Shown in pieces: positions 31,755 to 51,329 of a stretch of 64,000 nt of DNA. Source of the stretch: the human T2T-CHM13v2.0 reference genome, Homo sapiens. Both the position numbers and the translations under genes were made by a program. The DNA lies in NCBI RefSeq assembly GCF_009914755.1, contig NC_060935.1. The stretch is one strand, 5' to 3'. How positions within the stretch are numbered: position 1 is the stretch's first letter; every line of letters starts with the position of its first letter. The notes beneath the pieces are model-generated. The model saw only the letters and a list, made by a program, of their open reading frames with translations, ran no database searches and was not told where the DNA came from.

Positions 31755-31969
31755 ATTTGCAAACTTTATGGCCTATTTTGGCCTTAATCTCCATGTCCAG
31801 CATCTGGGGAACAATGTTTTCCTGTTGCAGACTCTCTTTGGTGCAGTCATCCTCCTGGCCAACTGTGTTGCACCTTGGGCACTGAAATACATGAACCGTC
31901 GAGCAAGCCAGATGCTTCTCATGTTCCTACTGGCAATCTGCCTTCTGGCCATCATATTTGTGCCACAAG
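31755..31969 (+). CDS. SLC22A9: SLC22A9 coding exon 7
   Basis: catcacag|A TTT GCA ... CCA CAA G|gtgag; 215 nt encoding FANFMAYFGLNLHVQHLGNNVFLLQTLFGAV...AIIFVPQ (ORF track 31768+). Confidence 0.96.
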
Positions 31970-33369
31970 GTGAGAAAAGATCACAGGTGGAAGAGAGAAA
32001 TGCCTTTGCCTCTTTTCTCAGGGATTGTACTTGTCACACCTATCTGAAGCCAAGAAGGAAAGGGAGAATTGGGTTCTTAGGATTTCCTGACACCAATCTG
32101 GGGATTTGGGACAGATTCTGCCACAAGTTGCTGGAAAACGAGTCAAAGATGAGTAAAGGTTGGCTCTATTATATGGTTGTCCTCATCATATTCAACAAAT
32201 ACTAAGAAACTGAAGCCATTTATTTCTGACAGTTTCTCTACAACAGCAATCAATTACTTACTCTTTGGCCAATCAAACTTTAAATGAGTATTGAGGTATA
32301 GGCCTTGTCATTGTTTCCCAACATGAGGACATAATACTGCTACTTCCTCTGTCTGGGCTCTTTCTTATTACTACAGCTTCAGTGACAATGTACTCCCTAA
32401 TTCCCATGTATCTACTTGTGTGCCTTGTATTTGGTCACCATAACTGCAATCTGGTTTAGGGGAGTCATCTTGACTTCAAGGGAACAAAAGTGCCCCATCT
32501 TTATGTAAAGAACTGTACAGTAGAAATGAAGAAATTGTCAGTTAATAGCCTCTTGTAGATTCTATTTTAAGAAATTAACTGATCATATGTAATAAGTAAG
32601 GGAACCCAGGTGGCCACCAGTCTTCACCTAACTCTTAGTGTAGTAATGTATCTAACAGGATCTCAGATTGGTGTGCTCCACTCCCCCTCTTGAATGCCAG
32701 CAATGATCCAAGTGTGCTACAAAGCAACAGCACCCTCCAATGTCATGAGGCTATGACAGGATTTCTTCAGTTGGATAGAAACAAGCCTCTGAAACTTCCC
32801 TTCAGTGCTTTCCAAAGTCTGACTTTTTTTCCTCTTTTCGAGGTCCTTATTCCTAATCCTTAAAACATTAATACTCTCTAGCTTCTCTCCTAACATAGAC
32901 CTCCTGATCTTTTATGACTCTCTTCTGCAACCCTAGCCCCATGTCAATACTGTGTATGTACCTAGGTTTTAACGGCCAGGAGAACATGGATGGGTCTTAT
33001 ACTCCCAAGTATTGCCCACATGACAGTCCTATGTTCTACCAGGTAGGCAGAGGAGTCCCTGGACGGAATAAATGAAAAAACATTCAGCTCAACTTACACG
33101 CCTCTCTCTTGCTATGGCATATCTCTGATATATAGTGAGAAGTGAAGTAATAGCTCAGATCCTTTTTATGCATTATTTAAGCCACAAGGCGAAGACAAAT
33201 CATGTTTCTCAGCTATCAGCCACTGCACATTCTTTGCCTCTATGCAGTTTCCCTACAGTACATTTAACCCTTGCAAACACCTCCAATACAGTCCTTTTCA
33301 CTTCTACCTTGGGGATGCTGATTCCTTCAGCTCAGATTTCCTGAGGCCTTGTGTTCTTCCTTTCTCCAG

Positions 33370-33478
33370 AAATGCAGACGCTGCGTGAGGTTTTGGCAAC
33401 ACTGGGCTTAGGAGCGTCTGCTCTTGCCAATACCCTTGCTTTTGCCCATGGAAATGAAGTAATTCCCACCATAATCAG
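33370..33478 (+). CDS. SLC22A9: SLC22A9 coding exon 8
   Basis: tttctccag|AA ATG ... ATC AG|gtacag; 109 nt encoding (E)MQTLREVLATLGLGASALANTLAFAHGNEVIPTII(R). Confidence 0.95.
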
Positions 33479-33933
33479 GTACAGAACCTTAAGTATGCCC
33501 TGTCAGGTTCAAAATGGACCTTTCTCAGATAATTGACACTTTTTGCGGGAAGAAATCTAAGACTGGTTCATTAAGAAAATAAATCATAACAGTCATAAAC
33601 ACAAATAATTATAGACCAACTTTATCTCAAGCTGACTTTTTGCCACTGTATTAAGTCCTTTGATGTATTATAGTATCCCACATAACCTTCTGAGCCACCT
33701 GAGAGGTTGGTGCTAAGGATAGCAGTATTTCCTAAATGATGAAAATGCATCTAATGCACTTGTGAACTGAAAAATTAATTGCTAGCAAATAAAAGTGAAA
33801 ATTTCAAACACAGGAGTATTTCATCACCTCTGTGTGTCTAAATGTTCCCCCATAATTAGAGCAAAATGATAAATCACAAATTGCCTGTGTGGATTTTTAA
33901 CAGATATTCTTGTATTGCTGTTTCCACTCAAAG

Positions 33934-34137
33934 GGCAAGAGCTATGGGGATCAATGCAACCTTTGCTAATATAGCAGGAGCCCTGGCTCCCCTCATGATG
34001 ATCCTAAGTGTGTATTCTCCACCCCTGCCCTGGATCATCTATGGAGTCTTCCCCTTCATCTCTGGCTTTGCTTTCCTCCTCCTTCCTGAAACCAGGAACA
34101 AGCCTCTGTTTGACACCATCCAGGATGAGAAAAATGA
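33934..34137 (+). CDS. SLC22A9: SLC22A9 coding exon 9
   Basis: cactcaaag|G GCA AGA ... AAT GA|gtgagt; 204 nt encoding ARAMGINATFANIAGALAPLMMIL...LLLPETRNKPLFDTIQDEKN, which contains the LPET motif. Confidence 0.95.
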
Positions 34138-34596
34138 GTGAGTAAATAGCCCGGTTGCCCCTCAGAGGATCTGTGTGCTATAGGTCTGTGCTGAGGAAGG
34201 CAAAATACCATTTAGGGCCACTGTCCTCTCAAAAGGCTTAGACTTAGGATTTTCCCATGTAATCAGTGCCTTAGGTCTAGGTACAGCCACATGCCTTCCC
34301 ACAGTGACCTCAGACACCCTCTGAGGCTCTCCAGATCACACAGACCAGCTCTGCCCAGCTTGTCAAAGGAGGCTTCATAGTGAAGAAGCCAAAATTAGGT
34401 CTCCTCTTCCCTCCCTGCCCTAGTGTGATATGCACACTGTTGAAGGTATTTTACAAATATGCAGAGATCCAAACACCAGATTTTCATCCCTGGGAAACCC
34501 TCAAACAAGTGGGTACCTGTAAGCTGTCTGAGATTGCCAGTGCTTACAGGCCTGACTACTAGGCCACTGAAGAATTTGTGGAAGAGTATGCAGATG

Positions 34597-34821
34597 CAGG
34601 GGTATCCAATCTTTTGGCTTCCCTGGTCTACAGTGGAATAAGAATTGTCTTGGGCCACACATAAAATACACTAACACTAATAATATCTGATGAGCTAAAA
34701 AAAAAAAAAATCACAAAAATATCTCATAACATTTTAAGAAAGTTTACAAATTTGTGTTGGGCCACATTCAAAGCCATCCTGGGCCACAGGCAGCCTGTGG
34801 GCCATAGGCTGGACAAGCTTG
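34597..34821 (+). mobile_element. MER30 (hAT-Charlie non-autonomous DNA transposon)
   Basis: caggggtatccaatcttttggcttccctgg...ggacaagcttg termini and internal A tract. Confidence 0.9.
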
Positions 34822-35059
34822 CACCAAGGCGTCCAAGGATGACAAGTAGAAAGTATCCAAGCTGCCTTCCCAGATCCTAGTCTGGGAGCTTCATCTTTTA
34901 CTTCACAAGGTTTACTCAATCCCTTGGGGGCAGAGATATGGTTTTTACCAAACTAATGGACAAAGAATCAACATTCCTTAAAGAATGCGGGACTTACATG
35001 TTTAGTCCATGTCTTTTCATTTTTGTGATTTTTTGTTGGTTTCTTTGTATTTGTTCTAG

Positions 35060-35120
35060 GAGAAAAGACCCCAGAGAACCAAAGCAAGAGGATCCGAGAG
35101 TGGAAGTGACGCAGTTTTAA
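35060..35120 (+). CDS. SLC22A9: SLC22A9 final coding exon 10
   Basis: ttgttctag|G AGA AAA ... TTT TAA, encoding RKDPREPKQEDPRVEVTQF*, recognised as the OAT7 C-terminus. The six exons total 832 nt, consistent with a 553-aa protein if 830 nt lie upstream. Confidence 0.95.
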
Positions 35121-35204
35121 GGAATTCCAGGAGCTGACTGCCGATCAATGAGCCAGATGAAGGGAACAATCAGGACTATTCCTAGACACTAGCAAAATCT
35201 AGAA

Positions 35205-35210
35205 AATAAA
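35205..35210 (+). terminator. Candidate SLC22A9 polyadenylation signal AATAAA
   Basis: AATAAA about 85 nt after the stop codon. Confidence 0.6.
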
Positions 35211-35216
35211 TAACAA

Positions 35217-35570
<354 letters not shown>

Positions 35571-36147
35571 TCAGTAGATTCACTTCACAATTGTGGTACT
35601 AAATAACTAAATATAAGCTATCTACATATAATAGTAAGAAAAAGTTTGAAGAAAATTATATAACACTTTAAAATCAATCATAATAGACTATTTATGTAGT
35701 TATAGGTCCCTAGCAAGTTTCTGGATAGGAAGATTGAGTACTATTAAACACAATGTGTCTTCTTCAATTATTTGATAGAGTAACTGGTGGGATAATTACA
35801 ATGAAAAATCTGCTACTTTTACAAAAACTTTAAAATAAATTCAAATTTATCTAGGAATTAATAGTAGACATTTGGTTCAGAAAAAAGAAGATCAGGGAGT
35901 GAAAAATGTAGCTGTCAGGTAAGTGGGGTAGCATGCACAGAATTTTATCATAAGTTGTAATATTCATAACATTATTAGCAGATGCATTTACAAAACAAAG
36001 AAATTCAAAAGTAGACTTTAGTATGTATAACATTTAATGTGTAACAATTTCAGTATTGTACATTCTTAGAGGAAACACCTAATTATGGAATAAATAGCAT
36101 TAGCCAACTAATCAGAAATAAATGACTAACAATTCAACTTTATATCC

Positions 36148-36695
36148 TGTATTAGTCAGGGTTCTCTAAAGCAAGAGAAATAATAGTATATATGTGTATA
36201 TAAAAGTGAGTTTATTAGGAGAATTGACTCACACGGTCACAGGATGAAGTTCCACACTAGGCCATTTGCAAGCTGAGGAGCCAGGAAGCCAGTCCAAGTC
36301 CCAAAACCCCAAAAGTAGGGAAGCTGACCATATAGCCTTCAGTCTGTGGCCAAAAGCCTGAGAGCCCCTGACAAATCACTGGTGTGAGTCCAAGAGTTCA
36401 AAAGCTAAGGAACCTGAAGTCGGATGTTTGAGGGCAGAAAGTATCCAGCATGGGAGAAAGATGAAGGCTGAAAGACTCAGCAAGTCTGCCCTTTCCATCT
36501 TCTTCTGCCTGCTTTATTCTAGCTGCACTGGCAGCTGACTAGATGGTGCCCACCCAGATTGAGGGTGGGTCTGCCTCTCCCAGTCCACTGACTCAAATGT
36601 TAATCTCCTTTGGCAACACCCTCACAGACACACCCAGGAACTATACTTTGCATCCTTCAATCCAATCAAGTTGACACTCAATATTAACCATCACA
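36148..36695 (-). mobile_element. MLT2A solo LTR (ERVL)
   Basis: tgtattagtcagggttctct...aagttgacactcaatattaaccatcaca; 5-bp flanks tatcc/tttcc. Confidence 0.88.
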
Positions 36696-37144
36696 TTTCC
36701 TAAACCAATATACCAATTATTGATTATGATTATGACAATCATTTCACATTGTATACATACATGTATCATCACACTGTACATCTCAAATATATGCAAGTTT
36801 TATTTGTCAATCATACTTCAGTATAGCTGAGAACAAGTTAAATGGAACAAATAAACCATGCTTTCAAAGGAGCCTTGGCTACCAAAATTCAAAAAAGAAA
36901 AACATGTTATTAATAGGAAAGTAAATTCCAAATAAACATATATATACTTGACTACTCATTTAAGCCTTCTGTGAAGAAAACCCAAGAAATTATGGGAGAA
37001 AGCTATAAAAATATACAACAAAATGATTAAAAACATTAAATTTTCATGGTAGACCTCAAAGTTATTTAACTTTCTTCTTTGTAAGTGTATTCTAAGTTGA
37101 AGCAAGGAATATGCAACAGCTTAAAATTTTATAAATTATATAAT

Positions 37145-38970
37145 TTTTTCACAGAATTAGGAAAAACAATTTTTAAAATCACATGGAACCAAAAAAAAAA
37201 AGAGCCTGCATAGCCAAAGTAATACTAAGCAAAAGGAATAAATTGGAGGCATCACATTATCCAACTTCAAGTTATACCACAAGGCTATAGTAACCAAAAC
37301 AGCATGGTACTTGTATAAAAGTAGACACATAGACCAAAGGAACAGAATAGAGAACCCAGAAATAGAGCCCCATACTTACAACAAACCTATCTTCAACAAA
37401 GCATACAAAAACATAAATAGGGGAAAGAACATCCTGTTCAATAAATGGTGCAGGGAAAACTGGATAGCCACATATAGAAGAATAAAACTGAATCCCTATC
37501 TCTTGCCATCTACAAAAATCAACTCAAGATGGATCAAAGACTTAAATTTAAGTCCTAAAAATTCTAGAAGAAAATCTAGCAAAAACATTTCTGGACATTG
37601 GTCTGGGCAAAGAATTTATGTCTGAGACCCCAAAAGCAAATGCAACAAAAACAAAAATAAATAAATAGGATCTAATTAAATTTTAAAAATTCTTCACAAC
37701 AAAAGAAATAATCAGAAGAGTAAACAGACAACCCACAGTGTAGGAGACAATATTCACAAATCATCATCTTACAAAGGACTAATATCCAGAATCTACAAGG
37801 AACTCAAATCAGCAAGAAAAAAACAATCTCCTCCAAAAGTGGGTAGGACATGAATAGATAATTCTCAAAAGAAGATGTACAAACAGCCAACAAACATATG
37901 AAAAAATGCTTAAGTGCAAGAAGGGCGATTAAAATGTCAAAAAAAATAGATGTTGGCATGTATGTGTTGAAACGGGAATACTTATACACTGTTGTATCCT
38001 CTCTGGAACACAGTATGAAGATTTTTCAAAGAATTAAGAGTAGTAGAGAAAATAGCAGATGTACCATTCAATCCCGCAATCCCACTGCTCGGTATCTACC
38101 TGTATTAGTCTGTTCTCACACTGCTATAAAGAACTGCCCGAGACTGAATAATTTATAAAGGAAAGAGGTTTAATTGACTCACAGTTCTGCATGACTGGGG
38201 AGGCCTCAGGAAACTTACAATCATGGCAGAAGGGGAACCAAATACTTCCTTCTTCAAATGATGGCAGGAAGGAGAAGAATGAGTGCTGAGCAAAGGAGGA
38301 TACCCCTTATGAAATCATCAGATCTCGTGAGAACTTAGTCACTATCACAGAAACCGCAGCACAGGAGTAACTGCCCCCATGATTCAGTTACCTCCCACCG
38401 GGTCCCTCCCATGATACATGGTGATTATGGGAACTACAATTCAAGATGAGATTTGGGTGGGGACACAGCCAAACCATATCACTACCCAAAGGAAAAGAAG
38501 CCATTATATAAAAAAAAAAAAACCTGCATGCATGTTTATTGCAGCACAATTCACAATTGCAAAAATATGGAACCAACCTAAGTGCCCCGCCACCAATCAG
38601 TGGATAAATAAAATGTGGTACATATACATCATGGAATACTACTCAGCCATAAAAAGAAACAAAATAATGTCTTTTGCAGCAACTTAGATTGGCTGGAGGC
38701 CATTATTCTAAGTGAAGTAACTCAGGAATGGAAAACCAAATATTGTACGTTCTCACTTATAAGTGGGAGCTAAGCTACAGGTATACAAAACATATGGAGT
38801 GGTATAATGGACATTAGATACTCAGAAGGGGAGGGGAAAAAACCCTACATATTGGGTACAATATACACTACTTAGGTGATGGATGCACTAAAACCTCCAA
38901 CTTTACCAGTATACAATTCATCCATATAACCAAAAACTACTTGTACCCCAAAAGCTATTGAAATAAAAAA
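37145..38970 (+). mobile_element. 5'-truncated L1PB
   Basis: ORF2 C-terminal peptides and L1PB-type 3'UTR (ttgtaccccaaaagctattgaaataaaa). Confidence 0.85.
38101..38481 (-). mobile_element. THE1 (C/D-like) solo LTR (MaLR) nested in L1PB
   Basis: tgtattagtctgttctcacactgct...gacacagccaaaccatatca; perfect 5-bp TSD ctacc at 38096-38100 and 38482-38486. Confidence 0.93.
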
Positions 38971-39204
38971 TATACATATATTTAAAATTCAGATGACATC
39001 CACTCAGAAAAAAATTATAAATTATTGTTATATTTTAAATTACAAAATACAAGATAAACTTTAGAAGACATACATATTTAGATTTCTTATGTCTATGAAA
39101 AAAGAATACATGATTCAATATACTATTGGGGAACACCAAGAACATATAATTTTCAAAGGACTAAAGTCACATGACTAAACATTTATGAAAAAGTGTGCAA
39201 GCCT

Positions 39205-40797
39205 ATTGGAAATAGAATAGCATAAAAGGTCCAGAAATAAATCCAAGCATATATGGCCAACTAATTTTGGACAGGGACACCAGAAAGACACAATTGAAAA
39301 AGGGTACCCTCTTCAATAAACGGTGCTAGAAAAAAATTGTATTTCCACATGTAAAGGAATAAAATCGAATCCTTATCTTACACCATATACAAAAATCAAC
39401 TTAAAATGAATAAAAGACCTACATGTAAGACCATAAAACTCTTGGAATAAAACATAGGAGAAAGAAGAGAACATAGCTCCTTGACATTGGCCTTGGCAAC
39501 AATTCCATTCCTTGGATAATACACTAAAAGGTCACGCTACAAAGGCAAATATAAATAGATAGGACTACATTAAGCCAAAATGTTTCTGCACAGCAAAGGA
39601 AACAACAAAATCAAAAGGCAACCTATGGATTGGAAATATTTGCAAACTATATATCTGATAAGAGGTTAATATCCAAAATTTATGTAAAAACTTACACAAC
39701 TCATTAGTAAGAAAATATATAATTCAATAATAAATGGACAAAATGCCTGAATAGATATTTCTCCAAAGTTGACATAAAAATGGCCAACAAGTATAGGACA
39801 AGGTGCTCAACATCACTATTCATGAGGACAGAATAATGCAAATCAAAACTACTATGAGATGTCACCTTATATTCCTTAAAATAGCTATTATTTAAAAGGT
39901 GAGTTAACAAGTATCGTCAAGAGCATGTACTTTGGCATTGTTGGTGGAATGTAAATTGCTGCAGCCATTAGGGAAAACATTATAAAGGTACCATGTAAGA
40001 AAACTTCACAAGTATCACCTGAACCTAAAATAAAAGTTAAAAAGAAAAGATTCCACCCCAAAATTAAAGACAGAACTACCATGTGATCCAGCAACCCCTC
40101 TTCTGGGTATATACCCAAAAGAAATGAAAGTACCACCTTGTAAAAAACATCTGCACTCCCATTTTCATTGAAGCATTATGCACAATTACCAAGATACAGA
40201 AACAATCTAGGTGTCCATCAACAGATGAATGAAAAAGGAAACTGTAATATTTACACACACACACACACACGAGTAATATTATTCAGCCTTTAAAAAGGAG
40301 ATATTCAATTGTACCTAAATCTCAGCATCACACAATATATCCAGGTAACAAATCTGCACATGTGCCCCCTAAATGTAAAAGTTGGAATTATAAAAAAAAA
40401 AAAATAAGAGGAGATTCTGCCATTTGCCACTACACGGATGTACCTGGAAAACATTAGGCTAAATAAAATAAGCCAGACACAAAAAGGAAAACATTGCATG
40501 ACCTCACTTATATGTGGGAAAAAGGTCAAATAAATGGAGATAGAGAATAAAATAGCAGTTACCAGAGACAAGATGGGAAGGAGGAAATGGGGAGATGTAG
40601 GTCAAAGTACAAGATATGTAGGATAAACAAGGCTAAAGAGCTCACGTACAACATGAAGACTATAGTTGATAATAGAGTATAGAATTCAGAATTTTTGCTA
40701 AATGACTAGATTATAGATGTTCTTGCCACAGAGTGAAAACTAAGTTAACTATATGAGGTGATAGATACGTTAATTTGCTTCACCATGGTGACTATTT

Positions 40798-40837
<40 letters not shown>

Positions 40838-40900
40838 ACTCTCATAGCATTATGTTGTATACCTTAAATATACATAATTAAATTTATTTTTAAAAAGAAG
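39205..40900 (+). mobile_element. L1MA-type 3' portion with two short nested L1 3'-tail inserts (about 39990-40050 and 40305-40405)
   Basis: ORF2 end and mammalian-type 3'UTR. Confidence 0.75.
40801..40833. repeat. (AC)16 microsatellite
   Basis: Read directly from the sequence. Confidence 0.95.
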
Positions 40901-42459
40901 AGAAAACTCATAACATGAAAAAAATTATTAGGTCATCATGTAATAGCAACTAAGCAGTATGCTAGAAGCTCTGAATGCACAGAAGAAATGAAAAAAAGAC
41001 ATCACACGGATTTAATAGATATGAGTATTTGTCTGCAAATATAGATGTAACATTGCATTTTAGTTGTTACCAGTAACAAAATTTCAATTTAAATTCCACC
41101 TTGCCTCTGGGTTGGCAAAAAAAAAAAATGCAAATAAGTTATTTTCAGGAATTATTTCCACAAATCTTTCACATCAAAGCTATCTAGACTCCACAGGCAC
41201 ATGCAGAGTGTGTCAAGAAATAAAGTAGTAATAATGGAAGATTGCACTCATTATCAGTTATCCGCTTAGAGGTTATCATGTAGCTACTGAGCCTGCACAC
41301 ACTCAGTGCTGAAACCCTACCATTCCCATCACAATGAGGCATTGAAATGGGGATTCTGGTGTGGCCACTTACCTCCATTTGCAACCACTCTGTTAGGAGT
41401 TCTCTGATTCCATGGAGTATCCTAAAGGTGAATACCGGGTTCTGGTTCCCCCAGGACCCAGAGACACTCCTCCACCCTCACCCTTCCCAAATACTCCACT
41501 TATTTTGATAAACTCTTTAGCTTTTGCACAGACCCTCTAGTTACACTGCCAATTTAGCTTTTGAAAAAAATAGTCTTCAAGACTTCTTTTGCTTATCAGC
41601 TTCAAAACACCTTCCGAGGGATCAAAAAGTAAAGACATGACAACCCGCAGGAATGTGGGAAAGAGGATATTCCAGGAAATCATCCATAATGGATATCATG
41701 AGTTTATCCAGTCTCATTCTTGTGCCTAATGAAATGTTTGATAGCCCATTATGATGAAGACTACATGGCATCCGTTTCTGTGCATCACCCCAGAAGATAG
41801 TGGTCAGTTCATAAACATGATGTTTCATGGAAGAGAATTTCCCACAGGTCTTCATGAGTCTTTAAAGCTAGAGACCAGTGCTTGTGGCCCAACAGATAAT
41901 ATTTTTACTGGAGAAGTCTAGTGAGCACAACTGTAAAAAAAATCTACTATGGTGGGGTGAGTGAACGGGTTTCCTTTCCATTTGACTTGGAGTAACAGAA
42001 GCATTCTTCAAAGACCTAGTTAATATTTTGCAGTGATTATCATTTTGAAATAGGATTATCAGTGAACATCTGTAACTCACTCTTTGTTGTCCAGTGTTTC
42101 TTGAACGGAATTTTGTAAAAAGAAAAAAAATCAGAGAACGAATGAATACATTTGAAATCGTTGAGGAAATGCTGGAAATTAGGGCTAATTATCTCTCCTA
42201 ATTGTGGTAAAGGAGCTTCTTCCTGGACATGGATATTCATAGCCTGTTATCCAAACCCTCCTGAGCCATGTAGCTATAGATATTTTTTGAAACTCATGTG
42301 CTATAAATCATGATTCTAATAGTTAGCTGGATATAATACCATGGAATCCAGTCTTAATTTTGTAAAGAACAGTACATAAAACAAGTGCAGCTAAAGAAAC
42401 ACAAATACCACAAGATCTAACTTATTTGTGGAATCTAAAAACTTCAAACTCAGAAGTGT

Positions 42460-43986
42460 GCTGCCAGTAAGGTGGCAGAATAAGAAGTCATCCACTCGTA
42501 TCCCCCAAAAACAACAAGAATTCTGTACCTGTCAACAGAGAAAAAGCCTCTTTACATGAGCTGGAGACTGAGGTTGAAGTCTGTGAAACCCCAGTGGAGC
42601 CCAAGACTTTGAAAAGTCATTTTAAGAGTGCAGGCCCACACCCAGATGGCAGGCCTACCAATCATGCTCCTGCATTGAAAGTTTGAAAGAGCCTCATTTC
42701 CCAAAGGGCTTAGCTACAGCCTTGTATGGCCTTGACCCTGGAACCAAAACTATCTGCCAAAGCCTCCAGGAGGAATCACAACAGTATCTTGGCAAAAAGG
42801 TTTGACTGCCCACCAACATTGGTCTCAGCAGTGGACTGGAAAGTTACCCTATAAAAGCTACAGTTCCCCTCAACTGTGGTCACAGATTGACACTGCTTGC
42901 ACAAGGCCTCAGAAAGAGCTCTCATGTGTGACACCAGGACAGGCTTGAAAGCCTCTGTTCCACAGCACAGTCTAAATGGGCTCTATCTTTCAGCCCGGCA
43001 TTATCTTGCCCAAGCAGAGAATGGCTGGGAGTCACCCATCTGAGCCTCCATAACAGGCTTACTAGGTTCCATCTCATTGCAGAGCCTGAAGGAGCCAATC
43101 TCAGCTCAAATCCATTGGTGCCACAGCCAGGGAATTATCTGACCTGTACAAGGAACAGCTGGGAGACATGCCCATCTGAACAACTGGGACAGGCTTGCCA
43201 GCATCTGTTCCATAGCAGGTCCTCAAGGGGCCTGGTCTTAGACCCAGCCCCTCTTGCTGCAATGAGGGAATAATCCCAAAGGCACAGGGATCTGCTGGGA
43301 AACTCACCCCATCTGAGCCTCTTTGACAGACTTATCAGACTGTGTCTCACAGAAATTCTTGAAGGGGCACAGTCTCAGCTTCAGCCTCTTACTGCCATAG
43401 CCAGAAAACTATCCCACCTATGCAGGGAACTGCTGGGAAATGCACCTATCTGAAGTAACAGGACAGGGTTTCTAACTTCCATCCCATAGCAGATCCTAAA
43501 AGGGTCAAATGTCAGCTCCAGCACCTGTCACTGCAGTCAGGTAACTATCCTACCTGTGCTGGGAACTGCTTAGATATGTGCCCATCTGAGCCACCAGAAG
43601 AGGCTTGCGATGCATCCTCTTTCTCACAGAAGATTCTAAAAAGGCCCAGTCTCAGCTCCAGCCCTTTTCTGCAACAGCCTGGAAACTATCCTACCTGTGC
43701 AGTGAACTTCTGGGAGATGCTGTCATCCAAGACACCAGCACAGGCTTGCCATCCTCTGTCCCACAGTAGGACATGAAGAGGCCTTAGTGCTACACTAGAT
43801 CAAGCACTTATGAATCTAGTGACCATGACAAACAGCATGCTCAGAGTTGCTGGATAGACGTCTTGTACAAGAACTGTCACAGAGAAATCCAGACTATGAA
43901 CACTAAAATAAATACCTATTTCTTCAATGAATAGACATTGATGCACAACCACAAGGATCAAAAACAATCAAAGATAAATGATGTCA
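42460..43986 (+). mobile_element. Old L1M 5'UTR with a degenerate tandem array of ~137-bp units; element resumes at 50211-51270
   Basis: Starts aaggtggcagaataagaagtc; recurring ctggga...ccatctga motif; ORF1 start and ORF2 remnants follow the L1PA4 insertion. Confidence 0.65.
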
Positions 43987-50195
<6,209 letters not shown>

Positions 50196-50210
50196 AGAAA
50201 AACGATGTCA

Positions 50211-51270
50211 CCAAACAAACAAAACAACATACCAGTAATTGGCACTAAACGGATGCAGACATAAAATCCACCTGACAAGAAAATCAAGAGAACTGTTCTA
50301 AAGCCACTAATCAACCAACCAAAAAAATCGTAGAGAAGACCCAAACAAACAAAATCAGAATTGAAAAAGGAGACAACAACTGAGACCACAGACATACAAA
50401 GAATCATTAGTGACTATTATGAACAACTATATGACAATTTGGAAACCTAAAAGTAATGGATAAATTACCAGACATATAAACCTACCAAGATTGAACCAAG
50501 AAAAAAACATAAAACCTCAACAAATTAATAATGAGTAACAAGAGTAAGGTCATAATAAAATTCTCACTTCAAAGAAAATCCCAGGACCAGATAGACTCAC
50601 TGATGAATTCTACCAAACATCAAAAGAACAACAAATATGAATTGAGTCTACTAAAATCCTTCAAAAAAATTAAACAGCAAGGAATGCTTCCAAACTCATT
50701 CTAACATGGCAGCATTACCCTGACACCAAAACCAGGCAAGGACACATGAAAAAAGAAAACTAAAAGCCAGTATTATTAACATATATGCAAAATCCTCAAC
50801 AAAATACTAGCAAACCAAATTCATCAACACCTTAAAAGATCATTCACCATGATCAAGGGGGATTCCTCCCAGGAATACAAGGATAGTTCAACACGTGCAA
50901 ATCAATAAACATGATACATCACATTAACAGAACCAAGAATTAAATAGATTTAAATAAATGATGAAAAAATATTTGACAAAACTCAACATCCTCTTATGAA
51001 AAATATCCTCAACAAACTAAGTATAGAAGGAACATACCTCAAAATAATAAAGGCCATATGTCACAAACCCACAGCTAACATTATACTGAACAGGGAAAAA
51101 TGGAAAGCCTTTCTTCTAAGGTCTTAAACAAAACAAGGATGCCCGCTTTTACCACTTTTATTCAACATAATATCAAAAGTCCCAGCCAGAGCAATTAGGC
51201 AAGAGAAACAAATAAAGGGAATCCAAATTGGAAAGGAAGAAGTCAAATTCTCTTGTTTGCATAAGATAAC
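50211..51270 (+). mobile_element. Continuation of the old host L1 (ORF1 start joined to ORF2 RT region)
   Basis: Follows the L1PA4 TSD; degenerate RT sequence up to ttgtttgcataagat. Confidence 0.7.
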
Positions 51271-51329
51271 TTTTTTCGTGGGAGTTTAATCTTTTCACTG
51301 ACAAGTAAGCTTTATTATATGTCAAATCA

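Noticed and set aside
38970-39025. Possible short 3' transduction after the L1PB (flanking repeat ttataaattat at 37129 and 39015)
   Set aside because: Only about 40 bp of AT-rich sequence and the putative TSD is low complexity, so it cannot be supported.
42900-43790. CRISPR-like or prokaryotic repeat system
   Set aside because: Mammalian DNA; units are contiguous and diverged, with no repeat-spacer structure or cas genes.
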